In this document: positions 60,310 through 64,000 of the stretch, piece after piece | Layout of the letters: each line of letters begins with the position of its first letter | Numbering within the stretch: position 1 is the first letter of the stretch | From: Iphione sp. A-MEVVRFRX5 | Lineage: Eukaryota | Reading direction: 5' to 3' | Assembly (NCBI GenBank): GCA_976226885.1 | Contig: OZ320323.1 | Span: 24,242,001-24,306,000, forward strand | DNA length: 64,000 nt | Notes under the pieces: generated by a model | Databases searched by the model: none | The model's input: the letters and a program-made list of their open reading frames with translations, nothing else | Told to the model about the DNA's origin: nothing | Program-made: the position numbers and the translations under genes

Positions 60310-63300
60310 TTGTCCACGCTTAAATACGCACACTGGATTATTTTGATCCCCCTCCTAGACTCCGGACACATTGTCTTCTACTTTTCTACTCAGTCATTGT
60401 AGCAGTGTAAAACTAGAAAATAATTTGTCAGCACAGGGTCCCCTCCCACATTCTCTTACCTGGTAAACTGCTCTTTGGCTGAAAGCTTTAGCGGCCCAGA
60501 GTTTGCTTCTTGTGGCGCAATGATATGCAACTTGTTTTCAATGTTTCTTCCACTGGATGTGATGCACGGGCAGTAGAAGGACCTTACAGACTCAATCTCA
60601 TGATGGTATGTGCAGTGAAGATTTTCCTTCCTTGATCTAGCAGAAAAGTCATTCTGCAGATCACTGGAGCCGTTTCCCTGCACTTAACTGGCGGCAGGTC
60701 TATTCGCTGCTTTGTGTGAGTCCTACTGGCTAGCCTTGCAGTATTCGTCATGGAGTATTTTCCTTACATGCATCACATTTGAATTTTTCACCATCAGCTT
60801 GAGATGAAGGTCACAAGATACCAATGTCGTAGGAGCGGTTGTATCGTTGATCTTGCACATCGCCCTCATATCAGTGTGTGATAAATACCAGAAGAGTCAT
60901 CAGATTGTCAGTTTTTCTCCCTGAAACGGCGCACGAGATACCATATACATATATATAGTTTTCTATTTAATGATAATTAATATGCCTAACTATGCAAGCT
61001 GGTGGTGAATTGTAAATGACGGCACAAAGAGGAGTGAACATGAATATATACCGTCTACACAACGTCGAACTAGGTCATACAAAACACACCAACATACGAT
61101 TGCATAGATACCAAATTCTTGATGAAACTAAAACAAGGATAGATATATTTGTTAAAGAAAATGTACTACGGTCAGCTCGACAACATTCCATGTTTTGCAG
61201 AATATTGTAAGAGGATCCAATATTGCATATATATGGAAATACATGATGCCAAAAGCGACGAAATAGAGAATGTCCTATTGTCGAGGTGCACTGATGTGCT
61301 TTTTTCCTCCTCGAGTGCAGGGTGCTTTGTCAACTTAGCCTGAAAGAATTACCATGAGCTGTCACATGAAAATAAATATTCCCCCAGTGCAACAGTATTA
61401 CCAACGATGAACCAACCATTCCCACGATGTATTATTGAGGATAGTACACGCTATTGTGTAGGCTTCCTTTAGAACCAAATTTCATGAGTCAGTGGTTTAT
61501 TCGCAGTTGAATATGTCGTTATGCCTCGTGATTTTGCGAACTGGCTTAGGTTTTTGTTGCACCTGGTTATTATTTATTGTCAGGTTTCTAGGATGTTAAC
61601 GTACTATATTACCATGAAAACATGACCATGATATAAGGGCTGCCTGCACTATGGCATTTAACAGCATGCCACAAATATTCTTCACTAAAGTCAGCATGTT
61701 GAGTTGACCAGTACGTATGTGATATACTTGTTAGTCTAGCGTGTTCTTAGTGACCCGTGTGCTACATACTCTGATCTGAACTTTTCGTCAACAAAATAAA
61801 AACTTTAGATAATTTAAACATAATAGAACTGAAGTACCTCTGAGTGGGTAGACGACATCTACAGTTAACAGACTACACTAACTTAACTGGCACCGGTGAC
61901 AAGTTTGGAACTGCAAATGTCCGTTTCTGGGTTGTAACTGGCAACATAAGTGACGCATTACCGAGTCACTAAAAACATGTTACAGCACGATGTTCTTTGC
62001 CGTTTCTGATGTCATAATGGATTTTCAATCGATGAACATGTGTGGTTTTCTGAGTCAGAAAAGTATTTAACAAATTACATAGTGTAACATTTCGTAACCT
62101 CTCGGCGAAAGGTCAATTTTGACGTCCAAGTGAAGAGTCCTTCAGTGTGAGCTTCTCAGAGTAATCTTGTTTCCATGGTAATATGACTCTGAAATATCCT
62201 TAAAACCAACGAGTAGGAATCAATTGGTATAGATGTGAGAAAAGACTCAAACCCAAATGTTAGTTTTATGTAGTTAATGTCGTGTTGATTGCTTTTAGAC
62301 CGTATGGTGCTCAAGTAATATACACCGAAAAATGCATATTGCAAATTGAGTTGCAGTGGAAATTATAGGGCTGATTGGAGACATATCAGAAACCCTAATG
62401 TTGCTAAGAATTCCTTCCTGGTGTAAGGTTTTCAGCTGCCTTAGAAGAGCCTGTTCCGGATTTGTCCACTGAGGGTTACGTTCTGAAAGTGTACGGACTT
62501 ATGGACCTTAATTGCTTGTAGTTAATCACTAACAATTGCTGGACTCTAGGGTCTTTGACCTTCTTCCCGTTTCTTGCCACCAAATTAGAATTGAATGGCA
62601 GGGTGCAGACCGACAAGGATCGCAATAGCTAATGAAACTTGGGGTCAGAATGGATGGTCGTCTGCATTTCTTGCGTTACACTTTAATAATTTATAAATGA
62701 CTTGTCATTGTCGATAAAGCAGATGTATTGTTGTGTCAAAACCAGCAGACTTTCCGTATCTTGGCTGGTTTTGACCATTGAAATGATTTTCCTTGCATAA
62801 TTAGCATTTCTCATGATGTGCTCAACACAAGCCATTCGTGCTTCATAAAATGATTTGCCTCAAGGCTTTCATGTATGAGAAAATGCCGGCTTATTTAGAG
62901 ACCAAAAGCCAAACCTAAGTAAACACCGAAAAGTTAGATATGCTCTTATATTTGCACCAAATTTGTAGCACAATTCACAGCTTAAATACTTATATATTCC
63001 CGTATAATTCTTTTTTGAAAGCTGTTCTGCCTGGCGACAGAAACATTACTCCACTGCTGTCAGTTGCTGATTACCTTTTTAGGTGTAATGTAATATTTTA
63101 TCCATGAATATATCGGCGCAGTTAATATTTCCCGGTATCACCAACGGCAATGTACACGAGGAAATCTTAGATGTATAGAGACACAGGTTTGTTTTGAGCA
63201 CAAATTCATACGTGGGCAAAAAAGACTGCATCACCTGCAATTGTAGGGAAACTGAACCCCCCAGATATATCTAAATTTAATATCTTCAATTCGAATTTTC

Positions 63301-64000
63301 TAACATTAACTATTGATGGGTGGGACTCAAGGCGTTTTTCTGTCTATGAAGGCAAGCGTGGCCCTCCAACCTGGACCCATCCATCTTTAATGGTAGTAAC
63401 GACAGTATTTTCTTCGTCCTTCCGATTTGGTAGCAAGTCTACTTAATTACATTGATCTCACAGGGCTATTAGAAGATAGTCCGTAATGTGACAGTAGCAG
63501 AAGAGCGAAACGCTGTGCGTGCGTGTGTGTGCATGCATGTTTCCTGACTTATTTTAAATCTACTGTCATTGGCTTCTTTCAAACAAAATTGACCTCAGCA
63601 TGGCCTGACACATGTTGGATAAATTTCTTTTAAAAAAACTACAGTGAAGGTCGTGGATTCTGGAACACACTGAGTCTGTCTTATTTTGCCAGTTTCTATC
63701 TCTTGAAACCCTTCAGTGATTCTTCTGTGGCAAGGCCCTCCTCGATGTAGTTTTCACCTACAGCACAATCTAGTTAAATGAAAGTCGTATCTGTTGAACA
63801 GACACAGAGGTTTTCATTCAAAGCTGAGCTCGAAGATGCTTCCACAGCAAGTTGAAATTTGCGTTAAAAAACCTATACAAGATATGATAAACAGAAACTA
63901 GTGACTTGTATGAGATTGTGAATGTGATGCTCAGGATGTTCAGGCACACTGCAGTGTACCAGACCGGAGTTTAAATGTTGCTTCAAGCACGTGCGCATTA

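Noticed and set aside
60459-60921. - strand segment bounded by a good acceptor and donor, overlapping the ANKRD54 3' region
   Set aside because: Stops occur in all three frames and no partner exons were identified, so no gene can be supported.

Overview
Eukaryotic, intron-rich animal genomic DNA, probably from an invertebrate; the species cannot be determined from the sequence. Five host genes can be assembled exon by exon with consistent splice phases: an MFSD4/NaGLT1-like MFS transporter (-, 2394-7426), DXO/Dom3Z (+, 13113-19735), PDRG1 (-, 21135-24119), GPANK1 (-, 26756-27838) and ANKRD54 (+, 54370-59394). One third of the window (31492-52825, - strand, 21.3 kb) is a very young, giant env-bearing Ty3/gypsy (errantivirus-like) element. 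It has 2595-bp LTRs that were identical wherever compared, a tRNA-Ala PBS, a TAAA target duplication, gag, a -1 frameshift signal, pol with one homopolymer indel, and an F-type env. It also carries two small accessory ORFs, each behind its own splice acceptor: a poly-SIM-like acidic protein and a possibly histone-fold-like protein. Between these ORFs lies a 3.3-kb array of about 12 fixed-geometry hairpin units interleaved with three paralogous antisense TATA promoter/5' splice-donor modules, which looks like an element-encoded small-RNA (pri-miRNA-like) cluster. Separately, ANKRD54 ends in UGA-CUA followed by a GC-rich hairpin and 304 more in-frame codons, a strong candidate for programmed stop-codon readthrough. 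Smaller items are a 5'-truncated Penelope insertion with an 18-bp TSD, Tc1/mariner-type MITEs, a decayed C2H2-ZnF ORF and low-complexity tracts. All alignments and RNA folds were done by eye; no searches were run.
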